Source of the DNA: Ignavibacteriota bacterium
GTDB taxonomy: Bacteria > Bacteroidota > Ignavibacteria > UBA10030 > UBA6906
Direction of reading: 5' to 3'
NCBI GenBank assembly: GCA_963801355.1
Contig: CAWDEM010000004.1
Coordinates: 1,344,001-1,408,000 of the forward strand
Length of the DNA: 64,000 nt
Made by a program: the position numbers and the translations under genes. This document shows, one piece after another, positions 39,227-48,670 of the stretch (position 1 is the stretch's first letter; every line of letters starts with the position of its first letter). Below the pieces are notes generated by a model that was given only the letters and a program-made list of their open reading frames with translations, searched no databases and was not told the DNA's origin.

Positions 39227-41395
39227 TCAGATGAACAGGGGCGCCAGCACCAGCGTGATGGTGCTCAAGAGCTTCACCAGCACGTGCAGCGAAGGTCCGG
39301 CCGTATCCTTGCACGGATCTCCGACCGTGTCTCCTACGACGGCTGCTTTGTGGGGATCCGAGCGTTTCCCGCCCAAGGCGCCGGTCTCAATGTACTTCTT
39401 GGCATTATCCCATGCGCCTCCCCCGTTGTTCAAGAAGAGGGCCATGAGGATGCCGGTGATTGTCCCCACCATGAGCAAACCGCCGACAACTTCCGGACCG
39501 CTCGCGCCGAAGGTCGGCCGGCCGGCGAGCTCGTAGATCCCCCGGAAAACAAGGCCCACGGCGACCGGCATGCCGACGGCAAGCAGACCCGGCGCGACCA
39601 TTTCGCGCAAGGCGGACTTCGTGGCGATATCCACACACTGGGCATAATCCGGTTTTGCCGTGCCCTGCATGATGCCGGGGTTGTTCTTGAACTGCTCACG
39701 GACGTTGGTAATGATGGCGCCGGCAGCTCTTCCCACCGCTTTGATGGCGAGTGATGAGAAGAGGAAGACGAGGACCGCGCCAAGCAATGCACCCACAAAC
39801 ACTTCAGGCTTGTTCAGATCGATCGCACCGGAAAACGAGGGCATATACGCTTTTACCTCGTCCAGGTACGCGCTGAAGAGGAGGAATGCCGCGAGGGCCG
39901 CGGAGCCGACAGCATAGCCCTTGGTCAGAGCTTTCGTGGTATTGCCTACCGAATCCAGGCGGTCGGTGCGGTCGCGCACCTCTTTCGACTGGTGGCTCAT
40001 TTCCGCGATGCCGCCGGCATTATCCGTAATCGGGCCGAATGTATCCATCGCCAGGACGTAGGCGGCAGTTGAAAGCATGCCCATGGTGGCAACAGCGGTC
40101 CCGAACAAACCGGCATGTGCCAGACCGGAGGCGGTGCCAAGGAAATAGGCGCCTATGATGGCTGCTCCGATGACGAGCACCGGGTAGCCTGTGGATTCCA
40201 TGCCGACTGCGAGGCCGGTAATGATGTTGGTTGCAGGACCGGTTTTTGATGCTTCGGCGATGGAGAGGACCGGCCGGAATCTGTAGTCAGTGTAGTAGAT
40301 CGTCAGGAGCACAAATGCGAGCGACGTCAGCACGCCGACAAGGCCGCACAGAAAGAAGTTGAAATAGTATTCGGCGCCGAGCAGCCACCGGGATGCCACG
40401 AAGAATCCTATCATTGCGAGAATTGCGCTGACATAGAATCCCCGGTTCAGCGCTTTCATCGGGTCTTCTTTGTCGTTTGTCTTCACGGAAAGGATGCCGA
40501 TAGCCGAAGCGATGATGCCGAACGCACGGGCGACCAGGGGGAACATGATGATGCCGGCGAGCGGGAGGCCATTGGCGGCGAAGGTATCCTTGTTGGCGGC
40601 AAAGAGGCCGGCCGCCAGAATCATTGCGCCGATGTTCTCTGCTGCCGTCGACTCAAACAGATCCGCACCGCGGCCTGCACAGTCGCCCACGTTATCACCC
40701 ACCAGATCGGCGATGACCGCGGGATTGCGCGGGTCATCCTCCGGGATCCCGGCTTCCACCTTGCCGACAAGGTCCGCGCCGACGTCGGCAGCTTTGGTGT
40801 AGATGCCGCCGCCCAGCTGGGCAAACAGCGCCACAAAGCTTGCGCCGAATCCATAGCCGACGATGAGCAGGGGGATCTTTTCAATACTCTCAGTGACCCC
40901 GGCCGCTTCCACGGCGGCAAACAGCCCGGCGACACCGAGCAGACTTAATGCCACGACGAAAAACCCCGATACTGCGCCACCACGGAGCGCCGGCTGCAGC
41001 GCGCTGTTCATGTCGCGCGTCGCCCCTGACGCCGTGCGGATGTTGGCGCGAATAGCGACCCACATCCCCATGTAGCCGGCCGCTGCGGAGCAGAGCGCGC
41101 CCAGAACGAACGAGAGCGTTGTCCAGAGCGCCAGTTCCGACGGCGCCGCCGGGTCGTTCGCCGAGTGCGCCCGCACAAATGCATAGAGGATGTAAATGAG
41201 GCACGCCAGGGCCACCGCAAGATAAATGATTGTGCGGTATTGCCGGCTGAGGAAAGCCTCCGCGCCCGCCTTGATGGCGTCGGAGATCTCCCGCATTTTC
41301 TCTGTGCCCGTATCGCGTTTCAGAACATCGCGCATCAGGTAGAGTGCAAACAACAGCCCCAGAATACTTATGCCAAAAATGAGCGTGAGTTCCAT
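39227..41395 (-). CDS. hppA: Membrane-bound H+-translocating pyrophosphatase, K+-independent type
   Basis: GGGIYTKAADVGADLVGKVE, EDDPRN, DNVGD, GPITDNAGG, GDTVGDP. GNTTKA has Lys at the position that marks K+-independent enzymes. Start at ATG 41395. Confidence 0.95.
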   Translation of the reverse strand: MELTLIFGISILGLLFALYLMRDVLKRDTGTEKMREISDAIKAGAEAFLSRQYRTIIYLAVALACLIYILYAFVRAHSANDPAAPSELALWTTLSFVLGALCSAAAGYMGMWVAIRANIRTASGATRDMNSALQPALRGGAVSGFFVVALSLLGVAGLFAAVEAAGVTESIEKIPLLIVGYGFGASFVALFAQLGGGIYTKAADVGADLVGKVEAGIPEDDPRNPAVIADLVGDNVGDCAGRGADLFESTAAENIGAMILAAGLFAANKDTFAANGLPLAGIIMFPLVARAFGIIASAIGILSVKTNDKEDPMKALNRGFYVSAILAMIGFFVASRWLLGAEYYFNFFLCGLVGVLTSLAFVLLTIYYTDYRFRPVLSIAEASKTGPATNIITGLAVGMESTGYPVLVIGAAIIGAYFLGTASGLAHAGLFGTAVATMGMLSTAAYVLAMDTFGPITDNAGGIAEMSHQSKEVRDRTDRLDSVGNTTKALTKGYAVGSAALAAFLLFSAYLDEVKAYMPSFSGAIDLNKPEVFVGALLGAVLVFLFSSLAIKAVGRAAGAIITNVREQFKNNPGIMQGTAKPDYAQCVDIATKSALREMVAPGLLAVGMPVAVGLVFRGIYELAGRPTFGASGPEVVGGLLMVGTITGILMALFLNNGGGAWDNAKKYIETGALGGKRSDPHKAAVVGDTVGDPCKDTAGPSLHVLVKLLSTITLVLAPLFI

Positions 41396-41470
41396 AATAC
41401 AGAAGTCACTCCTTTCTAAGTGAGTGAGGAGCAGCACATGGAGAGTGAATGAACGGTTTGAACGACGGCG

Positions 41471-42124
41471 CTACGAAGCAGAAGTGCCATTCTTCTGGAT
41501 TTGCCCGGCGGCCTGCTCACGGCGCCTGGCCGAACGATGCCGCAGGTACTTGTATAGCAAGGGAAGAATGGAAACGAAGATAACGATTGCGATGACATAT
41601 TCTATACGCTTCTCAATCCCGGGAATGGACCGGCCGAGAAAGTATCCCAGCAGTGTCATGCTTGAAATCCAGACGATGGCACCGCCAACATTGAACATGG
41701 CAAAACGGCGGTACTTCATATCTGCGACCCCCGCCACCACGGGAGCAAACGTCCGTGCAAAAGGCATGAACTGTGCGAGGACAATCGTAATGCCGCCGTA
41801 TTTTTCGTAGAACTCGTGGGTTTTGATCAGGTGGTCCCGCCGGAACCAACGTGTCTGGGGTCGATTGTACAGGGCCTGCCCGGCCTTATGGCCAATGAAG
41901 TATCCGCTGGCATTGCCGGTTATCGCAGCAACACAGAGGAGGGGAACCAGTATCGTGATGTCAAGCTGACCCCGTGCAGCAAACAGCCCTGCCGTCACCA
42001 GCAGGGAATCGCCGGGAAGGAAGAATCCGACGAGCAGTCCCGTCTCAGAAAACACGATGGCAAAGAGGCCGATGTACCCACCCCATATGATAATTTCCTC
42101 AAGCGTCGGCAGCTGTTCGAGCAC
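41471..42124 (-). CDS. DedA/VTT domain membrane protein
   Basis: FSETGLLVGFFLPGDSLL..AG and F-x-P-x-x-RTFAPVVAG; GTG start at 42124 with GAGAGGG SD. Confidence 0.93.
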   Translation of the reverse strand: MLEQLPTLEEIIIWGGYIGLFAIVFSETGLLVGFFLPGDSLLVTAGLFAARGQLDITILVPLLCVAAITGNASGYFIGHKAGQALYNRPQTRWFRRDHLIKTHEFYEKYGGITIVLAQFMPFARTFAPVVAGVADMKYRRFAMFNVGGAIVWISSMTLLGYFLGRSIPGIEKRIEYVIAIVIFVSILPLLYKYLRHRSARRREQAAGQIQKNGTSAS

Positions 42125-42190
42125 AGTCCCTCTCGACTGAATGAATTTCAAACAAGATACGACGTTTGGCGATAAGAGACAACCGGAAAC

Positions 42191-42219
42191 TTGCGTGTGG
42201 ACGTGCTCAATCGTATCTT
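42191..42219 (+). promoter_or_regulatory. Sigma70-type promoter upstream of the uORF and recG
   Basis: TTGCGT, 17 nt, TATCTT. Confidence 0.55.
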
Positions 42220-42251
42220 GCTTCAACCACCGCATCCAGGAAGGAGACTGA

Positions 42252-42362
42252 ATGGCTGATCCTGTCGCAAGTTCGCCCGCCTGGACCTCCCGGCTCGTGC
42301 GCCATCCCGGTTTTCCCCCGGCAATTTGGAAACGAACGATGCTGCGATCCGCACACTCATGA
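42252..42362 (+). CDS. Putative 36-aa upstream ORF translationally coupled to recG
   Basis: AAGGAG SD 5 nt before ATG 42252; MADPVASSPAWTSRLVRHPGFPPAIWKRTMLRSAHS; its TGA overlaps the recG ATG (ATGA). Confidence 0.4.
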   Translation: MADPVASSPAWTSRLVRHPGFPPAIWKRTMLRSAHS

Positions 42363-44563
42363 CACCCGGCACACCGTTCCTCTCACAGCCTGTGCAGTTC
42401 CTGAAAGGCGTCGGCCCTCGCAAGGCGGAGACCCTGGCCGGAGTAGGGATATCTACGGTGGGAGACCTGCTCTTCTACGTGCCGCGGCGGTATCTCGACC
42501 GGACATCCGTGCAGACCATCGCCCAACTGCGTTCATTGCCGGATAAGGGAGACCTTGCGTCCGACGCGGAGATCAGGCGGGAAGCAACAGTCGTGGGCAC
42601 CGTCCGCTCATATCGTGTGCTGGGAGTGGGCCGGAAAGCCCGCTTTGTACTTGTCCTCGGTGACGACACCGGTTCACTCCAATGTATCTGGTTCGGGGGG
42701 GTACACTATTGGAAGACCCGGTTCACCATCGGGGACACGCTCGCGGTCTCCGGACAGCCGACCTGGTTCAGCAATGTCATGCAGTTTGTTCACCCGGATG
42801 TTGATTGGATCGGGGGGACCGGCGGGGAGGACGGCACAATCGACTGGAGCCGGGCACTGCACGCGGGGGGACTGGTTCCGCTCTATCCATCCACGCAACA
42901 GCTTTCCGGGGTGGGATTGGACAGTGCCGGGTTCCGGCGCCTTCTGGGGAACATTCTCCGCGCGCACGCGGACCAGATTCCCGATCCGCTGCCGCAGGTC
43001 CTGCGCGAGGGGCATCAGTTTGTCTCGTTGCGCGAAGCTCTTCAGCATGTTCATTTTCCGCCGGGGCCGCGTGAGCTTCAGGAGGCGCTGCGGCGGCTGA
43101 AGTACGAGGAGCTGTTCGAATTTCAGGTGAAGCTTGCGTTGCGGCGCCAGATGATGCAGCACGAAGTGCCAGGTATCGCCTTTGCGGTGCAGAGCCGTCT
43201 TGCGCGTCAGCTGGTGGATGCACTCCCGTTCTCGCTCACGCACGCCCAGGCCCGTGTGATTCGTGAAATTCTCGCCGACATGGCATTGCCCAGACCGATG
43301 AACCGCCTCCTTCAGGGAGACGTCGGGAGCGGCAAGACCATCGTTGCACTTGTCGCGATGCTGGTTGCGGTGGAGAATGGATACCAGGCGGGATTCATGG
43401 CGCCCACCGAAATCCTGGCCGAGCAGCACTACAGGACCATTGCCTCCCTTCTGGGAGCGCTTCCGGTGAATCACCGGTTGCTTGTGGGAGCCCAGCGGTC
43501 AAAGCTCCGCCGTGACGTTCTGGAAGACATGCGGCGCGGATCGGCTCAGATTGTTGTGGGCACACATGCACTATTCGAGAAGGAGGTCTCGTTCGCCCGG
43601 CTCGGCGTGCTGGTCATCGACGAGCAGCACAGATTCGGGGTCCTGCAGCGCGCACAGTTGCGTGCGAAAGGGGAGAACCCGGATGTGCTGGTGATGACTG
43701 CAACCCCGATCCCGCGCACACTCTCGCTCACGGTGTTCGGCGACCTGGATGTCTCGGTGATCGATGAATTGCCTCGAGGGCGGAAGCCGGTGCGGACCGT
43801 TCTGAAGTATGAAGACGAGAAGGATTCGGTGTACGCGTTCGTTCGCCGGGAGGTTCAGAAGGGGAGACAGGCATATTTTGTCTATCCCCTCATCGACGAA
43901 TCGTCGAAGGTCGACCTGAAGGCGGCAACGTCCCACTATGAAGCCCTGCAGGAGCGGGTTTTCCCGGATCTCCGGCTCGGATTGCTGCACGGGCGGATGG
44001 CCAGTGACGAGAAAGAGGCCGTTATGGGCCGCTTTAAGGAGCGGGAGCTGGACATTCTCGTCGCGACCACCGTGATCGAGGTGGGCATTGATGTACCGAA
44101 TGCGTCTGTGATGGTGATTGAGAATGCGGAGCGATTCGGCCTGTCGCAGCTGCATCAGCTGCGCGGGCGGGTGGGGCGGGGGGGCGAGCAGTCGTACTGT
44201 GTGCTTCTCGCCGAGCGATGGCTGGCGCGCCGTGTCCGCGGTGTGCAGGAGAACGCCGAGGAACGCCATGCGGCGGAGCGCCGGCTTGCCACTATGGTGC
44301 AAACCTCGGACGGCTTCCGCATCGCCGAGGTCGATCTTGAGATTCGCGGTCCGGGGGACTACTTCGGCACGCGGCAGAGCGGTATGCCTGAGTTCAGGGT
44401 GGCGAACATCGTGACGGACACCGCGGTGCTCGCGCAAGCGCGCGACGATGCCTTCGCACTTGTCGCAGCTGATCCTCATCTCCGTCACGACACTCATCGC
44501 GCTCTCGCCGACCATCTTCGATCGCGCTTCGTCGAGGAGATGACATTGCTTCAAGTCGGTTGA
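42359..44563 (+). CDS. recG: ATP-dependent DNA helicase RecG
   Basis: LKGVGP, RLLQGDVGSGKT, APTEILAEQH, DEQHRFG, MTATPIPRTL, QLHQLRGRVGRG. Confidence 0.97.
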   Translation: MTPGTPFLSQPVQFLKGVGPRKAETLAGVGISTVGDLLFYVPRRYLDRTSVQTIAQLRSLPDKGDLASDAEIRREATVVGTVRSYRVLGVGRKARFVLVLGDDTGSLQCIWFGGVHYWKTRFTIGDTLAVSGQPTWFSNVMQFVHPDVDWIGGTGGEDGTIDWSRALHAGGLVPLYPSTQQLSGVGLDSAGFRRLLGNILRAHADQIPDPLPQVLREGHQFVSLREALQHVHFPPGPRELQEALRRLKYEELFEFQVKLALRRQMMQHEVPGIAFAVQSRLARQLVDALPFSLTHAQARVIREILADMALPRPMNRLLQGDVGSGKTIVALVAMLVAVENGYQAGFMAPTEILAEQHYRTIASLLGALPVNHRLLVGAQRSKLRRDVLEDMRRGSAQIVVGTHALFEKEVSFARLGVLVIDEQHRFGVLQRAQLRAKGENPDVLVMTATPIPRTLSLTVFGDLDVSVIDELPRGRKPVRTVLKYEDEKDSVYAFVRREVQKGRQAYFVYPLIDESSKVDLKAATSHYEALQERVFPDLRLGLLHGRMASDEKEAVMGRFKERELDILVATTVIEVGIDVPNASVMVIENAERFGLSQLHQLRGRVGRGGEQSYCVLLAERWLARRVRGVQENAEERHAAERRLATMVQTSDGFRIAEVDLEIRGPGDYFGTRQSGMPEFRVANIVTDTAVLAQARDDAFALVAADPHLRHDTHRALADHLRSRFVEEMTLLQVG

Positions 44564-44578
44564 AATTGCACTTTTTCC

Positions 44579-44606
44579 TTGACAACCTCTCCAAATTGCG
44601 TATATT
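44579..44606 (+). promoter_or_regulatory. Strong sigma70-type promoter of the ATP-grasp/GNAT/KamA cluster
   Basis: TTGACA, 16 nt, TATATT. Confidence 0.7.
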
Positions 44607-44681
44607 ACAAACCATAATGAGTTCGTCGAACATTGCGGAGAGGTTCTGGTACATTTATACTCACGGCCTACGTCATCATCG

Positions 44682-45800
44682 ATGACGGTTGCGCTCGTCT
44701 TCAACGCCAAAGCGGAAGCACCACCCACCTCAGCGAACATCCCCGAGCAGGCAGCAGAACCACCATCCAGCTCATCACCCGTTGACGTCACATCACATGC
44801 CGCGCGCACGAATGATGTGTTTGCCGAGTGGGACACCTACGAGACGATTCATGCGGTGCGTGATGCGATCGCCGAACGCTATGACGTCGAGTTGATCGAA
44901 GCGAATGAGGATGCCTTCGAGCGTCTCCGCCGGTTGCGGCCCGCATTTGTGTTCAACATTGCCGAAGGTCTGCACGGCGTGTCACGCGAGGCGCAGGTAC
45001 CCGCGATGTTGGAGCTGTTGCGTATCCCCTACCTCGGTTCCGATCCGCTCACACTCACGGTCTGTCTTGACAAGGCGCGGGCGAAGGAGATCCTGGCGTA
45101 CCACGGTGTCGCCACGGCACCCTTTGTCGTGATTCACGGGATGGACGAATTTGAAGACGCGCGCGTGAAGTTTCCGTCGATCGTCAAACCGTTGCATGAG
45201 GGATCGAGCAAGGGCATCTACAACTCGTGCGTCGTGCGGACGCCCGATGAACTCGAGCGCGAAGTGCAGACCGTGCTCACGGTGTACCATGAGCCCGCCC
45301 TGGTGGAGGAATTTCTGCCCGGACGCGAATTCACGGTGGCACTCATGGGCAACGGTGACGAGGTGCGGGTGTTGCCCATCGTGGAAATCCGCTTTGATGC
45401 GTTGCCCCCCGGCATGAACCCGATCTATTCGTATGAAGCGAAGTGGATTTGGGATACCACGGACAAACCGCTCGAGATCTATGCGTGTCCCGCGCCGCTG
45501 CGGCCGGACGAAGCGGAGGCGATCGAGGAGCTCTGCAGGAAGTCGTACCGCATTCTTCGTTGCCGTGATTGGACCCGGGTTGATGTGCGTATGGATGCAC
45601 GCGGGCGTCCCTGTATCCTGGAACTGAATCCCCTCCCGGGCATTCTGCCGCGTCCGGAGGACAATTCCTGTTTTCCAAAGGCAGCCCGGACAGCGGGCAT
45701 GAGTTACAATGAGTTGATCAACGCCGTTCTGGATATCGCGATGCAGCGCTGCGGTGTCCCCGTCCGCACTCCTGCGCTGGCGTCCACGATGTCACAATAA
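44682..45800 (+). CDS. D-Ala-D-Ala-ligase-like ATP-grasp protein (copy 1)
   Basis: FNIAEG, LDKARAK, KPLHEGSSKGI, EEFLPGREFTV, YSYEAKW, RVDVR, ELNPLPG; lacks the canonical Ddl N-terminal GGxSxE motif. Confidence 0.85.
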   Translation: MTVALVFNAKAEAPPTSANIPEQAAEPPSSSSPVDVTSHAARTNDVFAEWDTYETIHAVRDAIAERYDVELIEANEDAFERLRRLRPAFVFNIAEGLHGVSREAQVPAMLELLRIPYLGSDPLTLTVCLDKARAKEILAYHGVATAPFVVIHGMDEFEDARVKFPSIVKPLHEGSSKGIYNSCVVRTPDELEREVQTVLTVYHEPALVEEFLPGREFTVALMGNGDEVRVLPIVEIRFDALPPGMNPIYSYEAKWIWDTTDKPLEIYACPAPLRPDEAEAIEELCRKSYRILRCRDWTRVDVRMDARGRPCILELNPLPGILPRPEDNSCFPKAARTAGMSYNELINAVLDIAMQRCGVPVRTPALASTMSQ

Positions 45801-45810
45801 CGGATATATT

Positions 45811-46908
45811 ATGGCAAGAAAATTACGAATTTCAATACTTTATAACGAGCCTGTGGTGGGAGACGCAGCAGCCCGGCAGTACATAGCTGAGAACGGCCGC
45901 CTCCTGGAGGGCACTATTGCTCCTCCCCGCGGCCCGGCTGTGCAGGACATGCCATTGCCTCTGGATCTCTCCGAAGTGGGCGTCATGGAAGAGATGGAAG
46001 ACATCAAGACGGCATTGGTCACGCTCGGCTACAAAACACAGATTTTCAATGTTAACAGTGACATCTTCCGTCTGATCGATTATCTGCGCACGGAAAAACC
46101 GGACCTGATTTTCAACCTCGTGGAGTGCCTCGAGAACGAATCCCTCCAGGAGATGAACGTTGCGGGCCTGTACGAACTTCTCAAAATTCCGTACACCGGA
46201 GCGGGTCCTCTGGCCCTCGGGACCGCACTGCACAAGCCCCGCGTCAAGGAAATCCTTCGCGCGCGCGGCATCGCCACCCCGGAATCGCACGTGTTCCGCG
46301 CTGCCGACCGGATCAGCCTTAAGGACGGGCTGACGTTCCCGCTGATCGCCAAACCCGCACATGAAGACGGGAGCGTGGGCATCAGCGATGCATCCATAGT
46401 CACTACTCTCGCCGAGCTGCGCAAACAGGTTCTCCATATCCACCGAGAATTCGCTCAACCCGCACTGGTGGAACAGTACATCGACGGACGAGAGCTGAAT
46501 GTGGCAATCCTCGGCCACAAACATCCTCAGGTGTTGCCGATCTCCGAAATTGATTTTTCGGGACTCCTTCCCGGCATGCATCACATTGTGAGTTATGAAG
46601 CCAAGTGGATGAACGGCACCATCGCCTACCAGGGCACGCAGGGCGTCTGCCCGACAAAGCTTCCCTCCGGCAAAGACGCCGAGCTCAAGCGCGTCGCGCT
46701 CGAGTGCTTTCACCTGATAGGCTGCCGTGACTATGCACGGATTGATTTCCGGCTCACACCCGGCGGGGATGCGTACGTGCTCGAGGTCAATCCCAATCCC
46801 GATATCTCCGACGACGCAGGATTTGCCCGTTCCGCCCGGACCGCGGGTTTGTCCTTCCCGGAGACCATCGGCAAAATCGTGGAATCCGCACTGGAGCGCG
46901 CGCAATGA
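45811..46908 (+). CDS. D-Ala-D-Ala-ligase-like ATP-grasp protein (copy 2)
   Basis: FNLVE, PYTG, KPAHEDGSVGI, EQYIDGRELNV, SYEAKW, ARIDFR, EVNPNPD. Confidence 0.85.
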   Translation: MARKLRISILYNEPVVGDAAARQYIAENGRLLEGTIAPPRGPAVQDMPLPLDLSEVGVMEEMEDIKTALVTLGYKTQIFNVNSDIFRLIDYLRTEKPDLIFNLVECLENESLQEMNVAGLYELLKIPYTGAGPLALGTALHKPRVKEILRARGIATPESHVFRAADRISLKDGLTFPLIAKPAHEDGSVGISDASIVTTLAELRKQVLHIHREFAQPALVEQYIDGRELNVAILGHKHPQVLPISEIDFSGLLPGMHHIVSYEAKWMNGTIAYQGTQGVCPTKLPSGKDAELKRVALECFHLIGCRDYARIDFRLTPGGDAYVLEVNPNPDISDDAGFARSARTAGLSFPETIGKIVESALERAQ

Positions 46909-47399
46909 GCGGGAATGCCGCTACGGTTATCCGGCCGCTGCGCCGTGACGACCGGGAACCCCTCCAACGGCTTGTGGAAGCGACCGGCGTTTTTTCCCCG
47001 GACGAAGTCACCATCGCGCTCGAATTGATCGATACCGTATTGGACGAACCCGGTCAACAAGACTACTGCATCGCTGTGAGCGATGAGGACGGAACGGCCG
47101 TGGGCTACTATTGCCTTGGTCCGACACCGGGAACGACCGGCACGTATGATTTGTACTGGATTGCAGTCGCACCATGGCATCATGGCAGGGGCGTCGGATC
47201 CGCCCTCGACGCGCACGCTGAAGCGTTCGTCCGCTCATCCGGCGGACGTCTCATCGTCGCCGAGACATCTTCGACCCCACGTTACGATGCCACGCGGGCT
47301 TTCTATCACCGGCGCGGATATGCCGAGCTGGCCCGCATACGGGACTACTACAGCCCCGGTGATGATCTTGTGGTATTCGGCAAATATCTTGTCCCATGA
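46905..47399 (+). CDS. GNAT family N-acetyltransferase
   Basis: LYWIAV..HGRGVGSAL acetyl-CoA motif A and FYHRRGY. Confidence 0.9.
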   Translation: MSGNAATVIRPLRRDDREPLQRLVEATGVFSPDEVTIALELIDTVLDEPGQQDYCIAVSDEDGTAVGYYCLGPTPGTTGTYDLYWIAVAPWHHGRGVGSALDAHAEAFVRSSGGRLIVAETSSTPRYDATRAFYHRRGYAELARIRDYYSPGDDLVVFGKYLVP

Positions 47400-47420
47400 C
47401 ACGGAGGATGAAAGGCACGT

Positions 47421-48566
47421 ATGGAACTCTGGCAGGAGATGCTGCGACAGAGTGTGGACAGCGGTAAAGACCTCGTAGAGCGTTTCGGGTTCGACAAGGA
47501 GCTGGCGGACCGGCTGAACGGTTTGTTCCACATTCGGATCAACCCCTACTATCTTAGTTTGATTCGGTACCCGGGTGATCCTATCTGGCTTCAATGTATA
47601 CCCGACGCGAAGGAGCTCGAGGAAGATGGTCTCCCGGAAGACCCCCTCGCCGAAGACTCCCACAGTCCCGTGCCGAGCATCGTTCACCGGTATCCGGATC
47701 GCGTGCTGTTCCTGACGACAAGTCAGTGTTCGATGTACTGCCGGTTCTGCACGCGGAAACGGAAAGTGGGCAATTCGAGCAAGATCAATATGAAGTACAT
47801 CCAGGACGGGATTGACTATATCGCCGCCCATCCCGAGGTGCGCGATGTGATCCTGTCCGGCGGTGATCCGCTGATGCTCACCGATTTCATGCTGGAGAGG
47901 ATCCTTGCAGGCCTGCGGGCCATCCCCCACGTGGAGATCATCCGCCTGGGCACGAAGATGCCGTGCGTGCTGCCGCAACGGTTCACGCCGAAACTGATGC
48001 GCATGCTCCGGAAGTACCATCCCCTCTACATCAACACGCATTTCAATCACCCGTGGGAATGCACCCCCGAAGCCAAACGGGCCTGTGAAATGATTGCCGA
48101 CGCCGGCATCCCCCTGGGGAACCAGTCGGTGCTGATGAAGGGGGTGAATGACGATGCCGATACCATGCTCGAACTCATGCGCAAACTTCTTGCCATGCGC
48201 GTGCGCCCTTACTACCTCTACCAGGCGGATATCACCAAGGGTGCCAATCATTTCCGGACGCCGGTGAGCGTCGGGCTGGATATCATGGACAAGTTGCGCG
48301 GGCATACATCCGGTCTCGCCATTCCTTCTTTTGTCATCGACGCACCCGGAGGGGGAGGGAAGATCCCGCTCCTTCCGCAGTATGTGCTCGGACGGAACGG
48401 CAACCAGATCATTCTCCGCAACTACAAGTACGACATCTTCACCTATCCAGATGTCGAGGAAGAACCGAAGATTCCCACGCCGACCGTCGAGCGCCGGTAC
48501 ACGCGCCGCAAGGCCCGCCCTGCCCGCGTGCGTCCCCAATACATCGGGGAGGATGTACAGGTCTGA
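47421..48566 (+). CDS. KamA family radical SAM aminomutase (lysine 2,3-aminomutase-like)
   Basis: HRYPDRVL, CSMYCRFC (CxxxCxxC), SGGDPL, HFNHP, NQSVLMKGVND, PYYLYQAD and the PLP lysine motif DAPGGGGK. Confidence 0.93.
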   Translation: MELWQEMLRQSVDSGKDLVERFGFDKELADRLNGLFHIRINPYYLSLIRYPGDPIWLQCIPDAKELEEDGLPEDPLAEDSHSPVPSIVHRYPDRVLFLTTSQCSMYCRFCTRKRKVGNSSKINMKYIQDGIDYIAAHPEVRDVILSGGDPLMLTDFMLERILAGLRAIPHVEIIRLGTKMPCVLPQRFTPKLMRMLRKYHPLYINTHFNHPWECTPEAKRACEMIADAGIPLGNQSVLMKGVNDDADTMLELMRKLLAMRVRPYYLYQADITKGANHFRTPVSVGLDIMDKLRGHTSGLAIPSFVIDAPGGGGKIPLLPQYVLGRNGNQIILRNYKYDIFTYPDVEEEPKIPTPTVERRYTRRKARPARVRPQYIGEDVQV

Positions 48567-48670
48567 GTGTTCTGTCGGGTTGTTGAACAGGCATCGCGCC
48601 GGCCGGGATTCCACCGCGCCGGCGCCGCCGTTTTATTGCCTCTCTCTCTCGCAATCCGTAGATTATTCTC

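Noticed and set aside
41396-41470. Riboswitch or SD-sequestering leader before hppA
   Set aside because: Only a 6-bp TCACTC/GAGTGA pairing; too weak, with no recognisable aptamer.
44682-46908. vanA/vanB-type glycopeptide resistance ligases or graspetide (RimK-type) RiPP enzymes
   Set aside because: No vanH/vanX/vanRS neighbours. The motifs are Ddl-like rather than RimK-like, and there is no precursor with graspetide core repeats.
47421-48566. KamA as EpmB (EF-P beta-lysylation) or part of lysine fermentation
   Set aside because: No efp, epmA or kamD/kamE/kdd genes are in the window, and the immediate context is two ATP-grasp ligases and a GNAT.
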